IMG/VR virus record: IMGVR_UViG_3300048854_000060
Coordinates: 6,604 to 70,603 of that record
Length of the DNA: 64,000 nucleotides
Strand: one strand, 5' to 3'
Origin: a virus
Lineage: Duplodnaviria > Caudoviricetes
The position numbers and the translations under genes are program-made. The notes beneath the pieces are model-generated. The model saw nothing but the letters and a program-made list of their open reading frames with translations. It searched no databases and was not told the DNA's origin. Position 1 is the stretch's first letter, and each line of letters begins with the position of its first letter. Of this stretch, positions 26,521-35,966 are shown piece by piece.

Positions 26521-28404
26521 TCAGTGCTTGTTCGGCAGATTGATGTCGCCTTGCATCCGCGGCGAGCGGAAGTCATCCATCCACGCATTCGGGCGACCAT
26601 AAAACGTCGTGATCTTGTGGCCGGTGCCCGTATCGCGGGTCACGGCACGCAGACCTTCGGACGGGGCGCTCACCGGATTGATCGCGGCGACTTGCGCATC
26701 GGCGTAGATCGCGGATTCGGCAATATCGAAAACCGACGCATCAAGCTTCGACAGATCGACGTCCTTCCATGCCGAACTGTGCGCTTTCATCGGAGCGGCG
26801 AGGCGCTTGCGATAGGCCAGGAGGTCTTCGCCGTTCAGCGGTCGGTTTGCCGATTTGCCGAATGCCGAATAAATGCTGTCGGCCTTTGCCTGCGCATCAG
26901 CCATTGCAGCGTACTCCGCGTCATTCAGCGGCTTCGGCGTCAACTTGGCAGTCTGCACGAGCAGGGTTTCGAGTTGCGAGACGCGGGCGAGCAGAGCAGA
27001 CTTTTCGGAGTCGGCCTTGGCGGCCTCTTCCTTTTCCTTCTCTTCGGCGTCAGCCTTTGCCTTTTCCTCGGCTTCCTTCTCCGAGTCCGCCTTCTTGTCG
27101 CCAACCGGCAGTTCTTCACCCGGCATCGCATCAGCCTTCGGCTTTTCGAACGAGTCCATGCGCTTGGCGATCGAATCGACAGCCGACATCAGCTTGTCCC
27201 ACTTGTCCGAATCGGCCTTCGATTTTTCCTCTTCGGCGTCAGCCTTGGCCTGTTCTTCCGCGTCGGCTTTAGCTTTCGCTTCGAGTTCTTCTTTCGCCTC
27301 GGCGTCCGCCTTGGCCTTCACGTCTTCATTCATGTCAGATTCCTGAACGTTAATGGTAGATACGCCAGTTGGCGGACCGCCCTTGTCCCACACGCCAACC
27401 TCGCAGATCGCGATGTGGTCGAGCAGTTTTGGGTTTCCCTCTATAAGACCCTTCTCACCGTTGTCGAGGGTTACAACAGTGTTTTCAATCTTCGGGTTCC
27501 GGAATACGACGTTCGGAGATGTGGACAACTGCTCAGTTGACATGAGCGTCGCAGTTGCCTCGTCATAGATCCGGACGATGGCCCAGACCTCGTCACCCTT
27601 GATATACGGCAGCATGACCGAGCCGACCGACCGCTTCTTGAATTCCTCGGAATTCAGGTTTGCGTTCTCGGGATGGTCGACAATCACTGGCAGGCCATTG
27701 CAGCGCGCCAGAAAATCTTCGTTCAGATATTCATCGGGTGGCCGAAATACGTATTCCTCGTCTTTTGACCGGTACGAAACCCCGGTTCCGGTGATACGGA
27801 TGTCGAACATCCACATGTTGACGAAGAACTGCGGCGATGAATATTCGCCCGCCACCATCGCGCGCGCCAGATCCGTCTCCGTCATGTGCGCTTTTCGGAT
27901 TGCCTTGAACGCTTCCGATTCCAGCACAAACCGGCAACCAGGGTGAAGCGGTTCAGGCCACGTTCCGAGCGGCGACCAGAGGAATTCGGTACTTTCATCG
28001 CTTAGCGCGACATCGAAGGGTCTGCTCGCGTGATAGAACGTCGTGAACTCGACCGATCCATCATTTGTCGTGCCGAGTTCAATAAGCTTGTGCGGCTCAT
28101 ATCCTGTTTCCTCGACCGTTTCCCGACGCGCCGATTCTTCGGCGGTTTCGCCGTCTTCCGTCTTGCCGCCGGGCAGCGCCCATTCGCCGGGGTGATCTCC
28201 ACCATTTCCACGGCGCAGGAACAGCACCGATCCATCCGCGACGATCAGCGTGCCTGCGGCTTGCATGGGTTCGGAGTCAGCTTTTCTTTCGCCGGCTACG
28301 CTATACGCGATCGCGGCGGCCTGTTTCGGGTCTTTGCCGTCGCTGATTTCTGTCTCGATGTTCTTGCTGATCGTCTCTTGCGATGGTCCTTGTTCAAGTG
28401 GCAT
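26521..28404 (-). CDS. NUDIX hydrolase - prohead protease (DUF2213) - scaffold fusion
   Basis: Intact Nudix box [22 protein letters not shown]; PVIVDHP and DHIAICE.GVWD; KAKADAE repeats. Confidence 0.88.
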   Translation of the reverse strand: MPLEQGPSQETISKNIETEISDGKDPKQAAAIAYSVAGERKADSEPMQAAGTLIVADGSVLFLRRGNGGDHPGEWALPGGKTEDGETAEESARRETVEETGYEPHKLIELGTTNDGSVEFTTFYHASRPFDVALSDESTEFLWSPLGTWPEPLHPGCRFVLESEAFKAIRKAHMTETDLARAMVAGEYSSPQFFVNMWMFDIRITGTGVSYRSKDEEYVFRPPDEYLNEDFLARCNGLPVIVDHPENANLNSEEFKKRSVGSVMLPYIKGDEVWAIVRIYDEATATLMSTEQLSTSPNVVFRNPKIENTVVTLDNGEKGLIEGNPKLLDHIAICEVGVWDKGGPPTGVSTINVQESDMNEDVKAKADAEAKEELEAKAKADAEEQAKADAEEEKSKADSDKWDKLMSAVDSIAKRMDSFEKPKADAMPGEELPVGDKKADSEKEAEEKAKADAEEKEKEEAAKADSEKSALLARVSQLETLLVQTAKLTPKPLNDAEYAAMADAQAKADSIYSAFGKSANRPLNGEDLLAYRKRLAAPMKAHSSAWKDVDLSKLDASVFDIAESAIYADAQVAAINPVSAPSEGLRAVTRDTGTGHKITTFYGRPNAWMDDFRSPRMQGDINLPNKH

Positions 28405-28405
28405 A

Positions 28406-29236
28406 TCAGGTTCTCATTGCGGCGATCTTGGCGCGCGCCCCTGCAAGCGACTCGCGACCCTTAGCGGTAACCATGTCTTCGGGCAAATCGCGGATGGCGT
28501 AAATCCAGGTGGCGAAGCATGAACAGAACACTTCCTCGCCGACCTTGGTGATGTCGTCGTAATAACCAGCGGGGCCGGGTTTTACCAGGCCCTTGTTTTT
28601 CGCCCAGCTCGAGCGGAGCAGAAAAACCTTCTGGTCGCGCTCTTTGTGGTCGACGCGGTACGAATAACCGCGCCGACGCCACTGGCTGTTCCAGCGCATC
28701 GCAATTGCACCGCCATCCGTAGCGATGATCTCGTTTAGATTCGCCGTGAACTTGTGCGACTGGTCAATGAGCACCCGACGTTCCTCGAAGGGCAGGGAGG
28801 TCAACGCCTTGCGGATGTTTTCCTTCACATCCTTGACTTCCACGGCTCGACTGCCGCCCGCAGGAACCGACGAGGCCCATCCAGCGAAGCGCTGCACGGT
28901 CTTTTCGACCATTGCTTCGCGATTGAGCTTGATCAGATTGCGCGAGACCATCATGCGCCGGTCCAGTTCGGTTCGCAGCTTCGGCTTGAGGCGATCAACC
29001 GTGAAACGCGAAATGCCGATGTGCGTCTTGACGATCTGGCCGTCTTCGATCATCCGCTTGTAGATGCCGCTCAGGGTCCTGTTCAACGTTTCATTGAGCA
29101 CGCTCTCAGGCACCAGCGATTCGGCGGCAGACCTACGGATCAGATCGGTCCAGTAGGCCAGCCGCTCGACACTGTCAAATCCGTTCTCTTCAAAATCCTT
29201 GATGGCGGCGGTGACAGTTTCGAAAAAGGTGGCCAT
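28406..29236 (-). CDS. MuF/SPP1 gp7-like minor head protein
   Basis: R.DHKERD.KVF and PGE-like VGEEVFCSC motifs; after portal. Confidence 0.8.
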   Translation of the reverse strand: MATFFETVTAAIKDFEENGFDSVERLAYWTDLIRRSAAESLVPESVLNETLNRTLSGIYKRMIEDGQIVKTHIGISRFTVDRLKPKLRTELDRRMMVSRNLIKLNREAMVEKTVQRFAGWASSVPAGGSRAVEVKDVKENIRKALTSLPFEERRVLIDQSHKFTANLNEIIATDGGAIAMRWNSQWRRRGYSYRVDHKERDQKVFLLRSSWAKNKGLVKPGPAGYYDDITKVGEEVFCSCFATWIYAIRDLPEDMVTAKGRESLAGARAKIAAMRT

Positions 29237-30651
29237 CAGGCTTCGGACGAGAAAGGTTTCGGCTCGTTGGGCTCTTGCGCCGGGACGGGAGGCTCATAAT
29301 CAGCCAGCGCCTCGTAGTCAAGGACGATCGGATTCGTGAACAGGTGCTTGGACTCGTTGATATTGTCGGAGGCCCATTTGATGAGGCGCGCCTTGTTCTC
29401 CGGGTCCATTTCAGGCATCAGCACTTCCATCGCCGCGATGATGCTTTTCAGCTTCACATCCTCGACTTCGACGAGCTTTGATTCGGGCTCGACCAGCAGG
29501 GAAGGCCACTCCGCAGCAAAGGCATTTTTCCACTGGTAGAACGCCTCGTTGTATGAGACGCCCTCGTATCCGGGAATATCAGCCTGAATGGTCTTGTAGA
29601 ATTCCTCGGTCCACGCCAGCCGCATCACGATCTGATCGAAGAACTCGAAAAGCGGCTGCGCCGTCTTGCGCTCATTGTCGATATAGCGAACGATGTCCTT
29701 GGCGTCTTCTGTTCCCTCGCCAAACCCCTCAGCGTATGACTCAGAATTCAGCAACTTGGCCGGCTGAGGGACAGCAGCAGCGATATTCTCAAGAATGTTC
29801 TTGCGGGCCGTCGTAAGCGCGCCGTCAGCATTCAGAAGATTCAGCGTCTCAATCTCTTCTTCTGGCGTGATGTTGATGACGTTGTTGGTCTGCGCTTCCT
29901 TGACGACATTGCGCTTGATGCCCTGAAACACGGCCATAGCGCGGTCAGCGATTGAGCCGGCAGGCTTCATCTTGGCCACGATCACGCCGACCTTGCGGGC
30001 AACCATGTCGTCGGCGACCATCGTCTGCACGAACGATTTCAGCGGGTAGAGCGCGCGCTGATAGACCGAACGCCCCGTGTAGCCAAACGCCGAATTGGTG
30101 TATTCGATGTACAGTGGCGCCTCGTTGAAAAATACGAGACTGCGCGACGGGTGATATTCCTGGCCGGCTGCCGTGACCATCGTCGGCTTCTGAAAGTCTG
30201 CGGCGGACGGATCCTGATTCAGCACCAGGGAGCCCGCAGTGTTCAGCGGATCAAGCGCATTAAAGTAAAGATCGAGTTTGGAAAGATCTTCTGGCCTGAT
30301 TGGGCTGTTTGTATCGACATCTTTTGCCCCATACACCAGCGCAGAAGCGCCGTAGATCTTCCCGAGCCGCCAGGTATTGGCGATATACGTGTCGGCGTTG
30401 ATCTCCCGCCATTTCCGCTCGAAAGCCTCTCGTACGCGCTCTTCCGGGCTATCCGGAATCGAAATCTTCCGCGCCTGGCTCATCGCTATCTTGATCGGCT
30501 GATCGACGATCTTTGCCCCGAGCGGGTGATATGCGTAAATCTGCTTGGCTAACTGGTAGCTAGGCTCTGCACCCGGAACAATCTCATCCGCCATTAGCAG
30601 GTCAAGAAGGGGGGATGTCAGGCCCGACCCCAGAATATTGATCTCTGCCAT
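29236..30651 (-). CDS. Portal protein (DUF1073-like)
   Basis: 471 aa after TerL; HPSR, G.SV.Q motifs. Confidence 0.85.
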   Translation of the reverse strand: MAEINILGSGLTSPLLDLLMADEIVPGAEPSYQLAKQIYAYHPLGAKIVDQPIKIAMSQARKISIPDSPEERVREAFERKWREINADTYIANTWRLGKIYGASALVYGAKDVDTNSPIRPEDLSKLDLYFNALDPLNTAGSLVLNQDPSAADFQKPTMVTAAGQEYHPSRSLVFFNEAPLYIEYTNSAFGYTGRSVYQRALYPLKSFVQTMVADDMVARKVGVIVAKMKPAGSIADRAMAVFQGIKRNVVKEAQTNNVINITPEEEIETLNLLNADGALTTARKNILENIAAAVPQPAKLLNSESYAEGFGEGTEDAKDIVRYIDNERKTAQPLFEFFDQIVMRLAWTEEFYKTIQADIPGYEGVSYNEAFYQWKNAFAAEWPSLLVEPESKLVEVEDVKLKSIIAAMEVLMPEMDPENKARLIKWASDNINESKHLFTNPIVLDYEALADYEPPVPAQEPNEPKPFSSEA

Positions 30652-30665
30652 TTAGATACCGTGAG

Positions 30666-31943
30666 TTAAAAACCGTCCGGACCGCCCAGACCAATGATTA
30701 CGCCGTACATGAAGCCGTCCGCGAGGTCATCAGCGCGTTTGTGGGCGTCTTTGTCGCCAATGCGATAGCCAACGACCTGGGAGACGAGATGATTTTTCGT
30801 TTGCCCTTTGTACTCAACGACCTTATCGAGAGCGTATTGAGAAAACTTAACTTCGCCGCGATAGACAGACCCCGAGCATGCCACCGCCCGGCCGTCCTTG
30901 CCGATGCTTGTGATATCGCCATTGATCGCCTGGGCAGGCCAGCCAACACGGGTGGAGTGCTGGTTAAGCGTGATACCCGATGCCTTGTCTTCGATGAAAG
31001 CGCCCAGCGAACCAGCGCGCGCCTTTGTGACGCCAGCGTAATACTCAAGTTGCTTGAAGACGTTCGGCAACCAGGTCACCAGCAAGTCCGAATTGATCTG
31101 GACGATTTCCCAATCTAGAACGATGAGAGGGTGACCGGTATGCTTGGAGAGTGCGAAATAAACGACCGCTGTCCCGTCGTTGCCGCTCCCATCCTTCATT
31201 GCGCTGTCGATGATCGCGAACACGCCGTCACAGTGCGCAGGGAAAGGAACGCCTTTACCGTCGACAGTGAGCTTCGCGTATTCGAAGAACGCGACTCCGG
31301 ACCAGTCAACGAACTTAGCCTCAAATTCCTGCTGCCAGACAAGCGGGTGATTATTTAGCCGCTCTTTTTCAAGTTCATCCGGCGGGACATACGGGTTACT
31401 GCTTGTCGGAGCATGAAACTGTTCGAAGCCCAGGTTCTCGTCGTTGCAGACCCGATAAAAGAAGTTCTCCGGATCAACTCCGTTTGGGGTAGAGAACACC
31501 CAAACGCTACCGCGACGAGTCAGCAAAGTCGGTTTGATCGACTTTTCCCAGATCTTCATCATCTGGCCGTTCTTCGTGAACGCTGCCTCGTCGATCATTA
31601 CCAGGTCATATTCACGACCGCGGCCAGCCAGCTCGTTATCGTCTAGCTGCCAGAAGTCAACGAGTCCGCCAGTTTTGGTGCGGATCGTTCCTTCGTTTTT
31701 GCTTGCGCGCCGCTTGATCGGCTGGAGAATGTCTAGCAGTTCGTCATACGGCTCCAGAAGCTGCTTGTGCTCAGGAGTGAAGAGGCCTACCTTGCGCCCC
31801 TTGGCGGCAGCATCGCCGCCCATCGTGACCATCTGTTTCGTCTTGCCCCAACGGCGGCCGCATCGGACTGCATTCAGGCGGGTGCGTCGTTTGTAGATGT
31901 CCACCTGTCCGGCGTGAAGTGTCGGCAGGTAAATATCGGGCAT
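30666..31943 (-). CDS. terL: Terminase large subunit
   Basis: CGRRWGKT Walker A, IDEAA Walker B, DDLAD nuclease motif. Confidence 0.95.
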   Translation of the reverse strand: MPDIYLPTLHAGQVDIYKRRTRLNAVRCGRRWGKTKQMVTMGGDAAAKGRKVGLFTPEHKQLLEPYDELLDILQPIKRRASKNEGTIRTKTGGLVDFWQLDDNELAGRGREYDLVMIDEAAFTKNGQMMKIWEKSIKPTLLTRRGSVWVFSTPNGVDPENFFYRVCNDENLGFEQFHAPTSSNPYVPPDELEKERLNNHPLVWQQEFEAKFVDWSGVAFFEYAKLTVDGKGVPFPAHCDGVFAIIDSAMKDGSGNDGTAVVYFALSKHTGHPLIVLDWEIVQINSDLLVTWLPNVFKQLEYYAGVTKARAGSLGAFIEDKASGITLNQHSTRVGWPAQAINGDITSIGKDGRAVACSGSVYRGEVKFSQYALDKVVEYKGQTKNHLVSQVVGYRIGDKDAHKRADDLADGFMYGVIIGLGGPDGF

Positions 31944-31998
31944 TTCTTGCGCTTCTGAAAAATGAAATGAGAACGCGCCGCAAGACGAAAAGCGGAAA

Positions 31999-32424
31999 CT
32001 ACTCAGGCAACCCGCCGTGGATAGTCACATCGCCCGAATCGGATTCTTCTTCTTTCGCGACCCCATACTTCTTAGGAAGAAGTTTCGACATCAACCACTT
32101 GCGAGTATCGACGCGCAGTCTCCTGTGCTCGATCATGTCGCCCTCGGTGATCTCGATTCCGGTGGCTTTGCTGACTGTCTTTTGACCAATCTCAGGCGTA
32201 TCGGCTATCTCAAGAATCTCGTCCGCCATCGCCTCGGCCTGCATCTCGCGTGCGCGCGCGTACTGGTCGCGGAAGACGGCGCGTTTTTCATCCGCCAACC
32301 AGCGCAGAACCGTTGCCTTATTGGGCATTCCGGGCTGTTCGCATATCTGACGCAGGGATTTTCCCTCGATCAGTTGTTCGCAGATGCTGGTCGCGATTAC
32401 CGTTGTGTAAGTAGATTTCGCCAT
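31999..32424 (-). CDS. terS: Terminase small subunit
   Basis: GKSLRQIC...MP...TV.RWL HTH; RLRVDTRKW.MSKL.PKKYG. Confidence 0.9.
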   Translation of the reverse strand: MAKSTYTTVIATSICEQLIEGKSLRQICEQPGMPNKATVLRWLADEKRAVFRDQYARAREMQAEAMADEILEIADTPEIGQKTVSKATGIEITEGDMIEHRRLRVDTRKWLMSKLLPKKYGVAKEEESDSGDVTIHGGLPE

Positions 32425-32448
32425 AGCCCTAAATGGGCATGTGGGCCC

Positions 32449-32811
32449 TTACGAGACCAACCACACGGGGATCGCGCCGTTGGCGTTGTTCTGCTGATTG
32501 GGATACGCCGCAGCGTGCGCCGGAAGGCTTGTCGCATCCCAGACGGGGATAGCGCCGCCATCTTGGCCTTGATCGTTTGGAAATGGCCCGTCGCCTGTCG
32601 GTGCACTCACCACACGAACAGGGATCGCGCCATCGGCGTTGGATTGGTCGTTAGGCCACGGGCCCGAACCCGGCTGCGCAACGAAGACGACTGGTATGGC
32701 GCCGTTTGCATTGCTCTGAGCGTTGGGCCAAGGACCACTGGATGGCTGGGCCACGACGTAGACGGGGAGCGCGCTGGCTGCCTGATTCTGTTCATTTGGG
32801 TAGGTCATCAC
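32449..32811 (-). CDS. Small five-repeat protein
   Basis: Five PNxQxxxxGAIPV units at 24-26 aa spacing. Confidence 0.8.
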   Translation of the reverse strand: MMTYPNEQNQAASALPVYVVAQPSSGPWPNAQSNANGAIPVVFVAQPGSGPWPNDQSNADGAIPVRVVSAPTGDGPFPNDQGQDGGAIPVWDATSLPAHAAAYPNQQNNANGAIPVWLVS

Positions 32812-34028
32812 GTTCCCATCTGTTCGGCGTCAGTGCGCTCATAGAACCGCCCGCCGATCATCGCGTGATCCCGCAGCTCAACGTATTCAAACTGCGTGTG
32901 TTTCTTCTGCGTGTCGACGTGACACAGCATGAAGCCCAACGCCCACTTTTCGCCGGCGCAGTATGTCGCCGCGCGGGCGTGGCCGCAGCCTAGCTGATGC
33001 CATTCGCTCGATCCGAACTGCGGCGAGTAGAAAGGCCAGACGATGTGCTTGTGGTGATGTCCATTGAATCCCGGCACGCCCATGTTCCGGCCTTCAGGGA
33101 AGTGATGCGCCATCAGGCAGTCGTACATGACATGGTAGTTCTTCGCCAGCTCCTGCTTCATGTCTCGCTCGCTGAACGCGGCAAGATCCATCCGGGCGAT
33201 ATAGTTCACTTGGTAGGCGTCAAGGCCCAGAAGCCTCGGCACGGTGAAGCCGTGCAGATCAGACAGGACAACCTTGAGCGCGGGCGTCGCTTCGCCGAGG
33301 TGGCGGATCAGGCGCGCTTCGTGGTTGCCCTCGATGTAGATGATTTCCGTTTCCGGGCACGACACACGGATGTCGTTCAGGAACGCATGCAGCCACTTGA
33401 TGCGGCCGATCACATCCCACTCGCGCGGATCGACGCCGTACTTGCCGAATTCGGGCAGGTCCAGTGCGTCGCCGTTAATGACGACCTTCTCGGGCTGGAC
33501 GCGCTTCGCCGTGTCAATGAAGCAGCGGCGCCAGAAGGGATCACACTCGATGTCGTGAATGTCCGATGCGACGAGAACTGCCTGGAAACGCTTCGAGCTG
33601 GGGCGCAGATAGGCGTCTTCCCATCCAGACTTTTCGACATTCATGCGGCGCTGCACGTCCTTGCTGGCGTGCTTCGCAATTGCTCGCTCCAATCCATGCG
33701 CGTGGCGGGACAGGACAATACCGGCCTGGCGCTTGAACTCGTGGAACGTGCCGAAGTGCCTATTCCATGTGGACTCGGAGATGTCCGAGTGCACGCGGAA
33801 GTAGTTCCGCGAGATAACCTTGTCTTCGTCAATCTTGGCGATGCGCTGAAGCTCGGCGATGCAGTCGTCTGCAGTCCAGTCAGCCTGGAATTTCCGCTGA
33901 TTTTCGGACAGAGGCGCCGCACCGCGGATCCGCCCACGCAGCGTGCTTTCCGGAATACCCAGCGCCTTGGCAGCGGCATTGACGCTCCCGTGGTCCTTCA
34001 CGGCTTTCAGCAAGTCGTTAGCTTCCAC
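32808..34028 (-). CDS. HTH-fused calcineurin-like metallophosphoesterase
   Basis: SDIH, NGD..D, GNHE, GHHH motifs; N-terminal HTH. Confidence 0.85.
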   Translation of the reverse strand: MEANDLLKAVKDHGSVNAAAKALGIPESTLRGRIRGAAPLSENQRKFQADWTADDCIAELQRIAKIDEDKVISRNYFRVHSDISESTWNRHFGTFHEFKRQAGIVLSRHAHGLERAIAKHASKDVQRRMNVEKSGWEDAYLRPSSKRFQAVLVASDIHDIECDPFWRRCFIDTAKRVQPEKVVINGDALDLPEFGKYGVDPREWDVIGRIKWLHAFLNDIRVSCPETEIIYIEGNHEARLIRHLGEATPALKVVLSDLHGFTVPRLLGLDAYQVNYIARMDLAAFSERDMKQELAKNYHVMYDCLMAHHFPEGRNMGVPGFNGHHHKHIVWPFYSPQFGSSEWHQLGCGHARAATYCAGEKWALGFMLCHVDTQKKHTQFEYVELRDHAMIGGRFYERTDAEQMGT

Positions 34029-34037
34029 GGTTTCCCC

Positions 34038-34250
34038 TTAAGAACTTAGTTTTGGTCCAAAATCGCCGCACCACACATCGGGCGCCGTAATCGGAAAGGT
34101 CGAAATGATCTCGCCTTCGCTGATGTCGAAGACCGGTACTGGCGGATGACGCCGACAGGTGATTACTTCATCTCCGAAGTGCGCGAATCGGCACTCACGG
34201 CAAATCTCGGTGCGCTCGGCGACCGCGATAACCTTGGGTTTGCGAGCCAT
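34038..34250 (-). CDS. Small Cys-rich protein
   Basis: CxxC...C...WCG pattern. Confidence 0.7.
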   Translation of the reverse strand: MARKPKVIAVAERTEICRECRFAHFGDEVITCRRHPPVPVFDISEGEIISTFPITAPDVWCGDFGPKLSS

Positions 34251-34289
34251 CGAGCCACCAAAAGAAAAAAGCCGCTCTAGGCGGCAATC

Positions 34290-34700
34290 TCATCTGAAGA
34301 TGAGAAGGGGGTAGGCGAGAGCTACAGCGTTCGGCCCGCATGGCGCAGTGGCAGTCTATCGACTCGCGCGGCCTTTTCGGTTCACCCTCACGACTGGCGG
34401 CTCAATCTCGTAAATGGAGACTCGTGCCAGCGACGCGTACTGGCATACGCGGAGCCGCCATGCGTGAAGCACCTCGTTTCGTGAGGCATCCGACGAGCCC
34501 AGCGATAGGCCGCTCCAATTAACATTGCGGGCAATACCCGCCCCTTGGCTTGTCCGGTCTCTGCTCCCGGCATGTTCTGTTGCAGTGGGGCTACACAATC
34601 AGCGATTCCGCCGACTCCTGCCGCCCGAGAGATACAAATAGGCGCCTCCGCCGCCCGTTTTCTACAACCAGCCCGACACTGGCTGACGGCGGAAGCGGGG
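34290..34700 (-). ncRNA. Structured non-coding segment in late transcript
   Basis: No credible ORF; 9-bp TGGCGGCTC/GAGCCGCCA (34396/34452) closing two hairpins; an 11-bp stem near 34640-34695. Confidence 0.45.
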
Positions 34701-34702
34701 GA

Positions 34703-34816
34703 TCACGCCTTAGGCAATTTGTCGCCGCGAGGCCGAATATCTTCGCTGCCGATACCAGATTGCGTACCTTCGTCGCCGATGCCGTCCCAACCTTCAATCG
34801 TTGCGTCGCCACCCAT
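34703..34816 (-). CDS. 37-aa acidic peptide
   Basis: RBS GAGGTG; MGGDATIEGWDGIGDEGTQSGIGSEDIRPRGDKLPKA. Confidence 0.55.
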   Translation of the reverse strand: MGGDATIEGWDGIGDEGTQSGIGSEDIRPRGDKLPKA

Positions 34817-34817
34817 A

Positions 34818-34925
34818 TCACACCTCAGTCGTATCAATTAGCCAGTCTGCCCATTCGGTATAGCCTTGCGCCAGACCGATATGAACCGTCGATAGCCAAA
34901 GCATCCATGCGGTTAGTGGGTTCAT
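34818..34925 (-). CDS. 35-aa Trp-rich peptide
   Basis: ATGA overlap with upstream ORF; MNPLTAWMLWLSTVHIGLAQGYTEWADWLIDTTEV. Confidence 0.5.
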   Translation of the reverse strand: MNPLTAWMLWLSTVHIGLAQGYTEWADWLIDTTEV

Positions 34926-35041
34926 TTCACCGCGGCCCGCAACTCGTCCAGCCGCGCGACGAGGCTCGCCTTCAGCGCTTCGTCTATTCGCATGCGCTGA
35001 ATGTCCTGCTCGATGCTGTCGATTAGCTGGTTTGCTTCCAT
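34922..35041 (-). CDS. 39-aa helical peptide
   Basis: MEANQLIDSIEQDIQRMRIDEALKASLVARLDELRAAVK; coupled to next ORF. Confidence 0.5.
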   Translation of the reverse strand: MEANQLIDSIEQDIQRMRIDEALKASLVARLDELRAAVK

Positions 35042-35110
35042 TACTTTCTCGAATTCTTCCGGGGTTGCTCTCCCGGCAGAGCGGCATTGCGCCACGGCGG
35101 GGCTAACGGG

Positions 35111-35320
35111 CTACCGGGAAGCAGCCGCGGGGAGATCAAATAGGGCTTCTGCGGCTTTGCGGGCCTCGCTCCACTCGCCATCCGTCTTTCTGGATCGGAG
35201 CGTCAGAATGGGCCGCTTCTGTTCTTGCTGGGCTTGCCGTTTCTCGCGCGCCTGCTTGGCTGCCAATATCTCCATTGGATCGCCATACATGTGCGATTCG
35301 AGAGCGGTTGAGCGTGGCAT
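35111..35320 (-). CDS. Hypothetical protein, first late gene
   Basis: ORF just after tR'-like terminator. Confidence 0.6.
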   Translation of the reverse strand: MPRSTALESHMYGDPMEILAAKQAREKRQAQQEQKRPILTLRSRKTDGEWSEARKAAEALFDLPAAASR

Positions 35321-35330
35321 GGCGAGAAAT

Positions 35331-35356
35331 AAAAAAGCCCCGCATCAGCAGGGCTT
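35331..35356 (-). terminator. tR'-like terminator
   Basis: GC stem plus U6, about 35 nt downstream of the late promoter. Confidence 0.75.
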
Positions 35357-35391
35357 GTTTCGGCCAAGCACAGTAACTCAGCCTTTCCGAA

Positions 35392-35420
35392 ATCATATGG
35401 AAACTAGCCCTTTTACTCAA
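35392..35420 (-). promoter_or_regulatory. pR'-like late promoter
   Basis: TTGAGT-17-TATGAT downstream of Q; direct repeat TCAACC(G/A)CTG at 35417 and 35432 (candidate Q-binding element). Confidence 0.7.
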
Positions 35421-35451
35421 CCGCTGTTTTATCAACCACTGAGTTTAGTAT

Positions 35452-35844
35452 TTAGAGCCCCGCCAGCATTCGATGATAGGCGCGGTGAGCATTCGTGCGG
35501 AACGTCTTGACCATCTTGTGCATTCCCTGCTCGGTGACTTCCAGTTCGTCGGCCAACAACTTGAGTGGGCGCACGCGGTGCAGGTAGTAGCAATAGAAAG
35601 CCAGCTTCGGTCGACCTTCCGGCATCCCAAGTAGGGCGAGATTAAAATAGCTGGCACTCGCGCTTAGTTCTGCATCCGGAATTTCCCCGCCCGGCAGGTT
35701 CTGCAATCGCACCAGAAGATTTTGCGGGACGGGCGGAGCCCAGATGCGTCGCGACCGATGCCATGATGCCCACTTCACGCAAAACTCGTGGATGCGCTTA
35801 TCCTCGCTCTGAGCTATGACTTTGCCTTCGGTGACCACGTCCAT
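35452..35844 (-). CDS. Late antiterminator Q-like protein
   Basis: C-terminal HTH; sits before promoter-terminator unit. Confidence 0.7.
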   Translation of the reverse strand: MDVVTEGKVIAQSEDKRIHEFCVKWASWHRSRRIWAPPVPQNLLVRLQNLPGGEIPDAELSASASYFNLALLGMPEGRPKLAFYCYYLHRVRPLKLLADELEVTEQGMHKMVKTFRTNAHRAYHRMLAGL

Positions 35845-35966
35845 ATGAACCCCGCAACACGATATATAGGTAGAGAAACCGAAACGCACACAACTAATGG
35901 CGCTTATTATACCATGGCAACGTTTCGCACTACAAATGAAAAGCATTGTCAATCAGCAAGTTGCGA

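Noticed and set aside
24737-27540. Long plus-strand ORFs (579 and 355 aa) opposite capsid and protease genes
   Set aside because: Antisense shadows of GC-biased coding sequence; Arg-rich with no motifs or RBS. The same applies to 2375-2812, 32997-34049 and similar ORFs.
29236-30651. Possible anti-CBASS label sometimes attached to DUF1073 proteins
   Set aside because: Size and position between TerL and MuF identify it as the portal.
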